DNA of 64,000 nucleotides, from assembly GCA_002104905.1 (NCBI GenBank), contig MCFE01000058.1, forward strand, positions 62,001 through 126,000, written 5' to 3'. Each line of letters opens with the position of its first letter. The first letter of the stretch is position 1. Both the position numbers and the translations under genes were made by a program. The notes under the pieces were generated by a model. That model was not told where the DNA came from, did no database searches, and saw only the letters and a list, made by a program, of their open reading frames with translations. Origin of the DNA: Basidiobolus meristosporus CBS 931.73. Its lineage: Eukaryota > Fungi > Basidiobolomycota. This document shows, piece by piece, positions 38,701 to 51,300 of the stretch.

Positions 38701-39225
38701 CTTTGGTCTGTCAAAAGAAAATTCACTGGCAGTGATGGAATTGAAGAGAAATGACTATTCAGATGAGTAAGTCATATCAATACTGGTAGGTAATTGGGCT
38801 GAGGTGAGTAGAATTGATTTGGCATGATCAGCTTTATTTATCTGATTTTCCATAGATTATGATTAAATCTCCATTAATTGCCATGTTTCCCATCATTATG
38901 TTGCAAAGATCATCCTCAAACTATGACTTAATATCTTTATTGATGCTTTACTCACAAGTTTAAAGTCAAATAGGAAATGTAATATCAATGGGATCTAATC
39001 CATGTCAATGCAATCCATGAAGCATCATGCATAAAATATGGAAAACTCAACAATCACATTGATTTTCATATATATTTCATATAAGACCAGGTTGATGCCA
39101 ATACACTGCTGTATAAGTCCTAAATCCATCACTATGGTCCCTATACCAAGTTTCAGCTCATCTTTAGCACAACCCAGACAAACCCATCCCCCAGCTCACA
39201 TGCACAGTCTGGACCAGAGAAATCA

Positions 39226-39413
39226 ATGTTGGATCCATTTGAGTTCTTACCAAATAAAGTTAGTATGGCCCAAGTGTCTATGATCAGCCATCCTACAGAT
39301 ATTTGGACACTATTCATTAATCTAGCAGAACTAGAGACCTCAGAGAGTCAACAGAGATGGAAGAACCTGAGCAGAAAGCTGTGGCATGAGTTCTACATCA
39401 AGATGCCAGCAGA
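39226..39413 (+). pseudogene. F-box-like protein fragment, cut by a copia B LTR
   Basis: DPFEFLPNKV...ISHPTDIWTL...QRWKNLSRKLW resembles the F-box pattern LP.E+...I...L...D...+S+RW+.L...LW. QRVNR sits in the +1 frame just before RWKNL. Confidence 0.4.
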
Positions 39414-42400
39414 TGTTGCATTTTAAGAAGTGATTTGGATAAAGGGAACTTCTCAAGAAATAGTGATAATAGTTGAACTGTTGTTGATTAATAAAGAAGC
39501 TCAGTATTTATACCTTTGTAGAAGTAATACAGCTGTAACACTAAGTAAGGAGGGTTTCTCAATATTCAGGAGCATTCTGTAACAGCTTCAGGGTTAGTAA
39601 ATAATAGCAAGTATTAGTGCTAATATGATCCAGGCTATAAGGGATTAATCATAAAATCATAGATCTGAAGAAAGTGGCAAAGTTAGAGCTGTAAATTAGT
39701 CTCCCAGTGACCAAGACTAGTCCAGAATTGTTAAGTAACTTTTTTGCTGCAGAATGATACTAAATAGTCCAATATTTCAACACTCCCCCTCAACTAAACA
39801 ATTTCTTAATCCTATTTCCTCCCTAAGATTCTCAAATTGTGGCGTAGCTGGTGGTTTTGTCAATATATCTGCCATCATTTTGTTAGTTGGGCAGTACACT
39901 AACTCTACTAAGTTATTTTCTACAGCTTCCCTCACAAAGTGATGCTGTATACCAATGTGCTTAGTTCTGGCATGGTTAGTAGGATTTCTAGCTAATGAAA
40001 TACAACTTTGATTATCCTTGTAAATACATGTTGGTTCATCTGAATTAAAGTTTTAGTCCTTGAATAATTTTTGTAGCCATATAGCCTCCTTAGTTGCTTG
40101 ACATGCAGCCATATATTTGGCTTCAGTTGTAGATAGGGCCACAGCTGGTTGTTTCTTGCAATTCCAAGCAATAGCTGCACCAGTATAAAGAAATACTTAG
40201 CCTGTGGTAGAGCATCTGTCAATCAGATCCCTACCCCAATCTGCATCACTATAACCATCAAATTTTTGCCTATTAGCTGCTCCAGAGTATTCTAGTACCA
40301 TATTTATGGTACCTTGTAGATATCTCAAAATCCGCCTAACCAGCTGCAATTTGACCTGATCCATAATTCTTCATGAATTGACTGATAATTCCAACTGCTA
40401 CTGCAATATCTGGATGTGTAGACACATCAAGTACATTAGGCTACCAATCATTGATTGATAGGTAAAGTTTTGGTCCATATTTAAGCCCTTTTCATCTATA
40501 ATTGGCTGAGATTTGCTTAATTTTGGGTTATTGTCCATAAGGGTAGCTGCAGGTTTGCAATTTTCCATTTTGAAGCGTCTAAGAGTGTCCCTGATGTACT
40601 TAGACTGTTTCAGCACAATATTCTGCGTAGGTATTTCAAATTTGAACTCAATTCCAAGAAAATAGCGCAGTTTTCCAAGATCTTTCATCTCAAACTTGCT
40701 GAAAAGATATAATTTTGTCTGGATAAGTTTCTCTTAGTCACGTGAAGCTATAATTAGGTCTTCCACATAAAGAACTAGGATAATACACCCCTTTTGAGCT
40801 GTTTCATATATATACTGTGATCTGCAGTGCTACAAGCAAACCCAATTTCCTCTAGATATGTGTCAATCTTGTTATACCATGCTCTAGGAGCCTGCTTAAG
40901 CCCCTACAGCAATTTCCTAAGTTTGCACACCTTATGGGGTACTTTCGGATTGGTAAAGCCTTCTGGTTGCTCCATATACATAGTTTCTTGCAAATCCCCA
41001 TTTTGAAAGGCTGTTTTGACGTCCATTTGATGTAGATCTAGACTGTGTACTGCTGCCAGGGCTAGAACTGACCTAATGGAGTAGAACTCGGCAACCAGAG
41101 CAAATGTTTCCTTAAAGTCTTGTCCTTAGATCTGGGAATAGCCTTTAGCCACCAAACTAGCCTTGTACTTATCAACAGCACAATTTGGGGTTATCTTGAT
41201 CTTGTAGACTCATCTACATTCTATGGGCTTTCTCCCATTTGGTAAAGCTACCAGTCCGCACATCTTTGCCTTGATCAGTGATTAGTACTCCTTCTGCTTG
41301 GCTTATTGCCACATGGCAGCATCTGGACTTTGCATTGCCTGTTCCAGATTCTGATGTTTGACACATAAGGCAACATAAGCTTCTTCATGATCACTTGATG
41401 TCTGTCACCAGGATCCAGGGGCATTTCTTATACTGGTAGAACTCCTAACTGTGATAATCTGTTCTGATCTGGAACTGGTGAATGTATCTTCTGTATCTGG
41501 CTGGATTGGGACGTATCTTCTTCATTAGTGTTGATTGCATCATCAGGCAGCTGGCCAATGATATCTGTTGCTTTCTGATCTGAATTCTCCTCAAGAACAA
41601 TGTCCCTGCTTGTTGTTGGGCATCTGTTCCTGATGTATACTGTGGTAGCAACAGATTCAGCCCAGAACTTGTAGTCCATTTACTTATCATGTTGCATAGA
41701 TTTTTCCCATCTCTACTATTGTTCTATTTGCACGTTCTGCTACTCCATTTTGCTGTGGAGTATGAGGAACTGTGGTCTGTTGAGGTATACCAGTAGACAA
41801 GCTGTATTTTGCAAACTCCTTTGAGCAGTATTCTCCTCTATTATCACTTTGTAGTACCTTTAATATGCACCCAGTTTGTGTTTCTGCCATGTTCTTGCAG
41901 TGCTTAAATATCTCTAAAGCTTCATCCCTTGTTTTGAGGAAGTACACCCACTTATATCTTGTTTTGTCATCAATCAACATCATAAAGTATCTCTTGGCTC
42001 CAAAGGACAGTGTTCTCATGGAGCTACATATGTCTGAGTGTACAATAGCCAATATTTTGGTGGTAATGATGCCTTCTGAGCTCTTGAAACATTGCCTAAC
42101 TTGTTTGCCATATGAACATCCCTTACAAACATTCAGTTTGAATTGAATTGAGTATTTAAGGCCCAGAACATACTGATTTTTGACCAATTGGCTCATTTTC
42201 TGTTCCCCAATATGCCCTAGCCTCCTATGCCATGTCTCCCAGTTGGTTTCATCAGTTTCAGCAATGTTAACATACTCAGGAACAATGATCTTGATTGTAA
42301 CTTGTTTATATTGTGATCTCTGATTCCCAAAGCTAGTTTTTGTCCATTCTCACTCAATATTGAGCAGCTCATCTTAGTACAAACAAATTTCAGTCCCTGA

Positions 42401-43883
42401 GCAGTTGCTTTACTGACTGAGAGCAGGTTCATAGCTATTCCAGGTACATAGAGTACATCAGTGAGTCTTGCTGTAGTGGCCCCTGAGCTATTGCTCATAT
42501 TTAGTTGTATGGACCAACTTGAGGTAGGTTCCAGAGCAGAGTTATCTCCCAGATAAACCTTTCTTACAGCAATAGTTTTCAAGTTGCTGAACCACTCCTT
42601 TATACCACATAAATGCTGTGATGCTCCAGAGTCAATATACCATTCATTACTTTGGTTACTTGCACTCTCTTGTAAGGTTACAAATACCTGTTCATCAGCA
42701 GTTATATGATTTGCCTGCTCTAGTTTCTGTTTTTTGACTGCTTGTTTCTTCTTGCATTCTCTTGCCCAGTGGCCTGGCTTTTTACAATAGTTGCAGCAAC
42801 CAGGCTTTCTTTGGTTTTGTTGTTTTCCCTTCTTTTCTGAGTGCCTTTCTGAACTGAATAAAGCATTATCTTTGATTTTCTCTGCTTGATCATTACATCT
42901 GAGTACTTTATAGAGAAGTCTTCCTTTGACATAGTCTAAAGTCAAGTTGTCTTCTCTGCTTTCAAAATAAAGTATGAGTGGCTCATACTTGTCTGGTAGG
43001 CTGCAAAGCAGACAGAATAGCTTTTCTTTATCATCTACACCAGCATTAATACTGTAAAGTTCTTCTGCAAGTGTCTCCATTTTGGTAATGAGTTGTAGCA
43101 TGTCATCATCTGGCTTCTTCCTCATGTTGAAGAACTTTTGTTTCAAATAAAGCTTGCTTGATACTGACTTTGCCCTAAAGATCTACTCTAAGGATTCCCA
43201 TGCTGCTTTGGCAGTATTTCCGGCATCAATTTGTCCAATGAAGGAATCTTGCACATTGATACTTATGGCATTAAAGGCCTTTCTCTCCTTCACTTGAAAC
43301 TACTCCCCTTCTTCCGCTGTTCCTTTGGGTTTAACTTCTTTCCTGTTACTATATTCCAAAGCTTCCTTTCCTCAAAGTGGATATGCATCTTGATTCTCCA
43401 AAGTCTGTAGTTCTTTCCATCAAACCTCTCCTTTACATGGAAGATGTTTGTGTTGTTCTGTTTGCTGGTAGAAGTCATCTTTAGAATAGATTAAGGCAAT
43501 TGGGGCTCATGACCTGTTGCAATTTAAGAAGTGATTTGGATATAAGGAACTTATCAAGAAATAGTGATAATAGTTGAACTGTTGTTTATTAATAAAAAAG
43601 CTCAGTATTTATACCTTTGTAGAAGTAATGCAGCTGTAACACCAAGTAAGGAGGGTTTCTCAATATTCAGGAGCATTCTGTAACAGTTTCAGGGTTAGTA
43701 CATAATAGTTAGTATTAGTGCTAATTTGATCCTGACTATAGGGGAACAATCATAAGATCATAGATCTGAAGAAAGTGGCAAATTTAGAGGTGTAAATCAG
43801 TCCCACAGTGACCAAGACTAGTCCAGAATTCTTAAGTAAGTTTTTAGCTGCAGAATGATACCAATTAGTCCAATATTTCAACA
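39414..43883 (-). mobile_element. Full-length but defective copia family B element; flanks do not form a TSD
   Basis: LTRs 39414-39782 and 43515-43883; PBS 43502-43514; PPT after 39782; internal deletion in integrase (~41610). Flanks are GCAGA and TCCTT. Confidence 0.93.
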
Positions 43884-46509
43884 TCCTTAGTTAACACAAA
43901 TTCACTGAGTAAAAATGCAATTGTTAGATACTTGTGTGCACTCTAACCCTTCAGACAAAAAGTGCTTGGTCTAAATACTCAGCCAATCTCCTGACAGCTC
44001 CATTTGCACACTTGGGCAGCATTTTTCAAACAATCCATTAAACCTTGCAATAACTCCATTAAATCAGTGGTGATATGCCAAGGCTTTCAAGTCTTGAATC
44101 TGCTGCATTTCCAGGTAAGCTTCCAATGTCATTGCTGTAAGGTTTGCTTTGCTATCATACACATTTCCTCTGGGCATCCAAACCTCATAAGGATCTGATG
44201 GTATATGAAGCATGTACCTTCTTGCTCACTGACTAAAGGTACAGCCCTAGCAACTGGCCAATTAGTGGAATGGTCATTGCTACTAGGATCTGATTGTTGC
44301 AGTTTCCTAGCAGCTGGCAGTTTTTCAACAAAGTCAATTCCCCATTACTCATATGGTCTTAAACACTCCATGAAAAAGAGCTCAGCAATTCTCCATGGTG
44401 GGCCTTGCTTTATTTTGCAATCTGGGTATGTTTCCATCAGCTTCTCAATATCATTTTCATTTGGGGCCACCATGTTCTTGGTTTTGCACGGCTATAGGCT
44501 CCTTCAGTTCCAAAATATTGATACATACTGTGTAGCTTATGTATTAAATCCATGCCAGCAACATATAGGCAACAGGCAAAAGGGCTTTTACAGCAATTTG
44601 GTTGCATGTTTCATCCCATATTACATATTTGCTGGCTTTGTTCTGGAATAACTTCTTGATATATGCATCCACCCATTAGGAATGGCTTAGTCATCCCAGT
44701 ATTCCAGTTATATGCGTGCAATCTAATTCATGCACTAAGTTGAGTTATGAAGCTTGTTGTAGTCTTGTTACAACATCAGCCACCATGTTGTTTTCTCCAA
44801 GGCAGTAGACAATCTAGAAGTAAAATTGCTGAATGTGGTGACTCAGTCATTTTATTGTTCTAGAGAGTAGCTTCTGAATAAATATATACTTGAGTGAGGC
44901 ATGATACATCGTGACAGTGCACTTGACTCCTTCAATGTAGCATATCCATGTCTTTAGGAAGTGTATTACGGCAAGCACATCCTTCTCATGCACTGAATGG
45001 TTTTGTTCTGCTAAGCCCTGCTTGTTGATTTTGAAAGCAACTTGGTATTCCTTGCCCTCATGTTTTTGGCTTATTCACCAGGTTCCTTCAGAAACTCATT
45101 TTGCTAGCTTGCTCTAAAGCTTGTTCTTGTTGCAATTTAAGAAGTGATTTGGATATAAGGAACTTATCAAGAAATAGTGATAATAGTTGAACTGTTGTTT
45201 ATTTATAAAGAAGCTCAGTATTTATACCTTTGTAGAAGTAATACAGCTGCAACACTAAGTAGGGAGGGTTTCTCAATATTCAGGAGCATTCTGTAACAGT
45301 TTCAGGGTTAGTACATTATGTTTGGTATTAGTGCTAATTTGATCCTGACTATAGGGGAATAATCATAAGATCATATATCTGGAGAAAGTGGTGAAGTTAA
45401 GGCAGTAAATGAGTCCTACAGTGACTAAGACTAGTCTAGAACTGTTAAGTAAATTTTTAGCTGCTGAATGATACCAAATAGTCTAATATCTCAACAGTTC
45501 TCTCTAGCTTCTTCAAAACCGTCCCAATGTGCACCAAGTGGTTGTCTTCTGTCTTCCTTTATATTAATTGCACTTCAATGATTCACATCCTGCAAGTTAC
45601 TGCCTTCAACACATCAATAAAGTATTCAACCTGATTTAGAAGGTCTGTTCTTTCAGTTTGTCCAAGTAGAGATCTGTACTCATAGATGTATTCCTGAACA
45701 GTTACCATCTATCTGCATGTCTTCAGCTTCCTTCTTAGCAGTGTCTGCTGATATCAAGGCTCAAACATATCCGGAGTTTATATTGCAACCTCATTCAGGA
45801 TAAGTATAGTAGAGCATCCCATTGAAGTGGCTCACCTGATCTTGTTATGGTACCATTGTAAAGCTGCATTGGCTGAGTAAGAAGCAGCTTAATAGAATGC
45901 TTTCTGGAGCAATTCCCTTAGCCATAAAAGCTTCTTCAATCTGGAAGTGACAAGTTCCCAGGTATTCATAGACTCTACCATAGTACCAGCTGAGATTTGC
46001 TGCATAACATTCTTCTATTCTTGATTCTCTGACATCTTAAGGGAGGCTTCTTCTTAATTCAGGAGGGGAGGTTTTGGGTTATTGCTGCTATGCAGAAATA
46101 TTCCAGCTCAAAAGAATGTAAGAAGAAAGGACTTTGTTTTTATGTTACAAGTCTTGGTATAAGAGTTGTAGTTCCATTGGGAGTTTAGCCAGCATTATAT
46201 TCACTAAAACTTGAACAGATTTTCATTGAGGTTCCAGCAGCACCTTATTTACATTTTGCCAGATCAGTTACTGACTAATTGTATTTCCTATATTAGTTAT
46301 GGCTGATAATTGATTTGAATGCATCACCTTCATCCAATTAGATCCTACTGAATGTATCTTTTCTATCTAATAAGCATCTGTTGAATAACTTGCTGACTGG
46401 TGCTACTGAATTCATAGATAACACTCATGCACAAAGAGACTAAGCATAAAACTGATTGATCTGACTAAGAACTGATCTATCTTATGTATTCAAGCTATAA
46501 CTCATAACA
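43884..46509 (-). mobile_element. Deleted gypsy family B element (5' LTR ~46142-46509, gag, RT remnant, RNase H, integrase)
   Basis: Reverse complement aligns to 48387-52518 with large deletions (gag joined to RT at ~45600; RT joined to RNase H at ~45075). Interrupted by a solo LTR. Confidence 0.85.
45128..45496 (-). repeat. Solo LTR of copia family B with TSD GTTCT
   Basis: TGTTGCAAT...TCTCAACA, 369 bp. GTTCT at 45123-45127 and 45497-45501. Shares subfamily variants with the 26314/30631 LTRs. Confidence 0.96.
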
Positions 46510-46959
46510 CCCTACTTCTCCTTAACTTGCATATCCACACTTGTCACTCCAGCAGCTTGGAATTAATAACCCTCTTTGTGATGTTATGCTATGATTGTGA
46601 TAGTGTTTTGTTGATTATGCTGCTATATAGGCAAGTAAGCTTGACTGTGATTAGATACCTCTTCAATGGGGTTTGAAATGTAGTTTGGACAGTTTTATTT
46701 CTTCCTACACTTACATGAGTAGACTTGACCAGTGCATACATACATCATATATAAAACAGACTCTTTCTGTAGTAAGGTAATCATATTTCCTGCAGAAAGT
46801 TGATCCTTGAAGCTATTGCTATGCACTTATTCACATTTTATCTTATCATTATTATCTCATTTTTCTTTGTTCAAATTGTTAATATTACCCCCATAAGATG
46901 CTAGCCCTGATTAGCTATCAGCATTAGTTATTGCCAATGCTATGCAGTTTTGTGATCAC

Positions 46960-47305
46960 CAGATATAGCTACAGTAGGCAGGTATATGTATCAGTGCTCA
47001 TGTCACATAACCTTGGTCTGTGCTACCATACCTAACATTTCAGTACTTTATATGGAATTTCTTTGTCATGCAGGTTTCAGTTCCCTAATCCTAGCCCTTC
47101 CAGGATCTTCTTAGAATGTTATAAGCTTGTGATGATATCATCAAGATTTCTACTGATGGCTGAAATCTTCTAGAGCCAATCCATTAGTGATCACTTGGCA
47201 AGCAGGAAAAGTTTTCAACAATCAATCATCCCTTATATCAGTAACACTTTCCCCCAATTGGTTAGTTTTTGATCACTGCACCTACATACAACAGTTGCAC
47301 CTCAG
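46960..47305 (+). repeat. Diverged partial relative of the gypsy A LTR
   Basis: Colinear with ~7110-7470 (e.g. CATCAAGATTTCTACTGAT, CAATCATCCCTT, TGATCACTGC..ACCT, CAGACC). Boundaries are approximate. Confidence 0.6.
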
Positions 47306-48089
47306 ACCTGGAGCACCCAGTGAGCTGGAGAAGCAGTATAGGATAAAACATGCTACCAAATTGCTGTCAAAGCACTTCTGCCTATTGCTTGTATGTTGCT
47401 GGCCTGGATTTAATACATAAGCTACACAATATGTATGGATATTTTGGAATTGAAGGAACCTATAGCCTTGCAAAACCAAGAACATGGTGGCCCCAAATGA
47501 AAATGATATTGAGAAGCTGGTGGAAACATACCCAGATTGCCAAATCAAGCAAGGGCCACCATGTGGAATTGCTGAGCTCTTTTTCATGGAGTGTTTAAGA
47601 CCATATGAGTATTGGGGAATAGACTTTACTGAAAAACTGCCAGCTGCCAGGAAACTGCAACAATTAGATCCTAGTAGCAATGACCATTCCACTAATTGGC
47701 CAGTTGCTAGGGCTGTACCTTTAGTCAGTGAGCAAGAAGTTACATGCTTCATCTACCATCAGTTCCTTGTGAGGTTTGGATGCCCAGAGGAAATGTGTAT
47801 GATAGCAAAGCAAACCTTACAGCAATGACATTGGAAGCTTACCTGGAAATGCAGCAGATTCAAGATTTGAAACCCTTGGCATATCACCTCTGATTAAATG
47901 GAGTTATTGCAAGGTATATTAGATTGTTTTGAAAAATGCTGACCAGGTGTGCAAATGGAGCTGTCAGCAGATTGGCTGAGTATTTAGACCAAGCACTTTT
48001 TGTCTGAAGGGTTAGAGTGCACACTACTATCCAACAATTGCATTTTACTCAGTGAATGGGGGTGAACCAAGGATTCCAGGAGATCTCAC
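47306..48089 (+). mobile_element. Degenerate gypsy B integrase fragment
   Basis: CPDCQ..YWGIDFTEKLP..WPVARAVP motifs (ORF 47484-47828). Near-mirror of 43884-44650. Confidence 0.88.
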
Positions 48090-48386
48090 TTAAGAACACT
48101 CCATATGATATTTCCTTTTGCCACCTCCCCTTGCCCCTTTCATAATAACATTGTAGAATCACCTCTCTTCATTTGCTACCCATTACAACCTTGGGTATTC
48201 TACATAGAGTTAGAATTAGCAAAAACTATGGTATACTGCTGACTAACCTCTGCATACAGGCACACCTGTGGCAAATGACTCACTTCTATCACCCCAACTT
48301 TGCTGTATTTTAGTGAGGTTGCCACCACTTTTGTCATAAAAACCTCATGAATGTCTTCAAGTAACTTTTTGGTATTCAGACACTAT

Positions 48387-51300
48387 TGTTATGATCTGCA
48401 GCTTGAATGTCTAAGCTAGATCAGTTCTTAGTCAAATTAATTAGTTAAATGTTTAGGCTATCAGTATATCAGCATTATTTATCAAATCAGTAGCATTAGT
48501 CAGTAAATGAATCAGCAGATCCTTATCAGACAGAAATTGAAATATTAGATAAGATCTTATTGGGTGATGATGATGCAACCAAATAAGTCATCAGCCACAG
48601 CCTACATTAAGGAATACAATTAGTCAGCAATTGATCTGGCAAAATGTATATAAGGAGCTGCTGGAATCTCAATAAAGATCAATTCAAGCATAGTGAACAC
48701 AATACTAGCTAAACTCTCTATTCCTCTACAACTCTTATACTAAAACTTGTAGCATTGGTAGCAGCAATAGCCCAAAACATCCCTCCTGAAGAAAGAAGAA
48801 GCCTCCCTCAAGATGTCCAGAAATCAAGAATGGAAGAATGCTCTGCAACAAATCCTGGCTCAGCAGCAACAGTTACTCCAGATCCTTAGCCAGCAGCAAC
48901 AAGGAATGACTACCATGGCCCAAAGCCAGCAAAACCCTGTCAAGAGCAATTTTAGTGTGAAAGTCAACTAGTACCATGGTAGAGTCAATGAAAACCTGGG
49001 AACTTGGCTTTTCCAGATTGAAGAAGCTTTCAAGGCTAAAGGAATTGCTCCAAAAAGCAAGTTACATTATGCAGCCTCTTACCTGGCAGACGCAGCATTA
49101 CAGTAGTACCACAACAAGATCAGGTCAGCCACCATGATGAGATGCTCTACAATCTCTACCTGGGATGAGTTTGTGTTGGAAATTCATGATGCTTTTAAGC
49201 CCCCACACCAACAGACACTACTAAGGAAAAGGTTGAAGACACTCAGACAGAAAGGAATGGTCCAAGAGTGCATCTATGCGTATAGATGTCACTTGGGCAA
49301 ACTGAAAGAATGGACCCACTTGATCAAGTTGAATCCTTTATTGATGAGTTGAAAGAAAGAACTTGTAAGGAAGTGAATTATTGAAGACCTCAGACTATTG
49401 AAGAAGCCATCAAGATTGCTGTAGACTATGGCTCAGCTATGTTTGGAGTTGGGAAGCCCACAATGACTAATCAGAGAGGCTACAATCACTATGAAATAAG
49501 ACAATTAGAAGCAGTGCCAATGGAAATGGATGCCATACAGAAGAATCCTACCTCAGAAGAATGTTAGAAGAATGGACTTTGCTTCAATTGCCACCAGCAG
49601 GGACATATTGCAAAGTACTGCCCTCAGAGAAGAAACAGGAGCCAGCCATCAAGAACCTTTAACCATATTGAGGCCATGGAGCATAGTAATGTGGAGGATG
49701 AACTTGAAGAAGACTCAGAACTCACCTTCCATATGACAGAAGAATACCTTTCCCAGATGCCCTCAAACTCAGGAAAGCTATTATACTTGAATGGAGTAAT
49801 CAATGGAGTACCTGCCAAGATCATTATTAACTCAGGAGCATTGCATGAGTACATGTCAGAGCAATTTGCTTTGAAAGCTGGCATCAACCTGGAACCAAAT
49901 CAACTTCAGTCGCAACAGCTGATGGGAACTCTCACATAAACAACCATATTACTCAGCCAGCATGGATGTAGATCCATGACCATAAATAGGATCTGCAGGC
50001 CTGTATATTTGTGAACTGCAAGTTTGACCCTGTACTTGGGAAACCTGGTCATTTTGTTGTATCCCATCAATCAACTGGAGAACCCATGCTACTCAGATCC
50101 AGAAGGACAACAAGACCTATGAGCTATTACCTGCCAGACTGCATTTTAACTTGGTCAATACCAGTTTGTGTGAAACAAGTGAGCTTAGCACAACACAGAT
50201 CTGTAGAGCACTGAGAAAAGGCACCCAGATGTTCCTCATGGCAGTATTACTGGAGGATTCCTCTACTCCAGTACCCCAGAAGGTCCAGACTCTTTTGAAG
50301 GAATATTCAGACATATTTCCTGAAGAGCTTGTAAGCCTACCACCAGTCAGAGATGTTGGTCATGCCATTGAAACAGAAGATAGCCCTCCAGTGAGTAAGA
50401 CACCTTACAGAATGAGTTTATTGGAGCTGGAAGAGATGAAGAGACAAACAGATCAGTTACTGGAGCAAGGATATATCAGACCCAGCAAGTCACCTTGGGG
50501 AGCATCAGTACCTTTTGTCAAGAAGAAGGATGAAACACTCAGGATGTGCATTGACTGCTGAGCCCTAAACTCAGTTACTGTGAAGAATAAGTACCCCATA
50601 CCTTGGATTGATGAGCTTTTGGATCAACTCAATGGAGCCACTATTTTCAGCATGATTGATCTGATGTCAGGATACATCCAGATTAGGGTGAAGCCAGAAG
50701 ATATCCCTAAGATAGCATGCAGGACTAGGTATGGACATTACAAGTACTTGGTCATGAGTTTGGGCCTCACCAATGCCTCTGCAATATTCATGACCCTGAT
50801 ACAGACTTTCTTCCAGGAGTACTGAGACAAGTTTGTCATAATATACCTAGATGATATATTGATATACAGCAAGACAGAAGAGGATCACTTGGTGCACATT
50901 GAAAAGGTCTTGAAGAAGCTAAGAGAGCACAAGCTTTATGGCAAGCTACCTAAGGGTGAGTTCTTCAAGGAACATATTGAAAATCTGTGACACATAGTGA
51001 CTAGCACAGGAGTAACCTTGGACCCTAAAAAGGTTGAACTTATCAAGAATCTGAAGCAGCCCCATAGCATATTAGAGCTCAGATCATTCCTTGGAATGGT
51101 TTCCTATTATTGGAGATTTTTCAAGTCCTTTGCAAGTATTGCAGCCCCATTAACTGATATCCTCAAGAAAGACAACACCTACAAGTGGGACATAGCTTGT
51201 GAAACTGCCTTCCAGATGCTTAAGAATGAACTTGCTAAGCTGCCAAGCTTAAGAATACCTGACTTCAGAAAAGAGTTCACTCTGTGCACCAATGCTTCAG

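Noticed and set aside
35011-39413. Simple LTR-mediated inversion of this segment explaining the missing TSD at 39414
   Set aside because: The reciprocal TSD test fails (TACAG at 26169-26173 versus TCTGC), and the gypsy overlap is ~18 bp rather than 5 bp.
46510-46521. CCCTA at 46510 as a fourth CMC terminus
   Set aside because: It lies only ~47 bp from the GCAGCTTGGAATT landmark, versus ~86 bp in copy 1, and the following bases do not match the terminus.
28955-47752. Antisense and alternative-frame ORFs such as 28955-29290, 32478-32906, 41865-42146, 44205-44651 and 47282-47752
   Set aside because: They are shadows of pol/integrase reading frames. Their recurrence reflects TE copy number, not independent genes.
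7955-48764. tRNA genes
   Set aside because: Only 9-17 nt PBS complements are present, with no cloverleaf.
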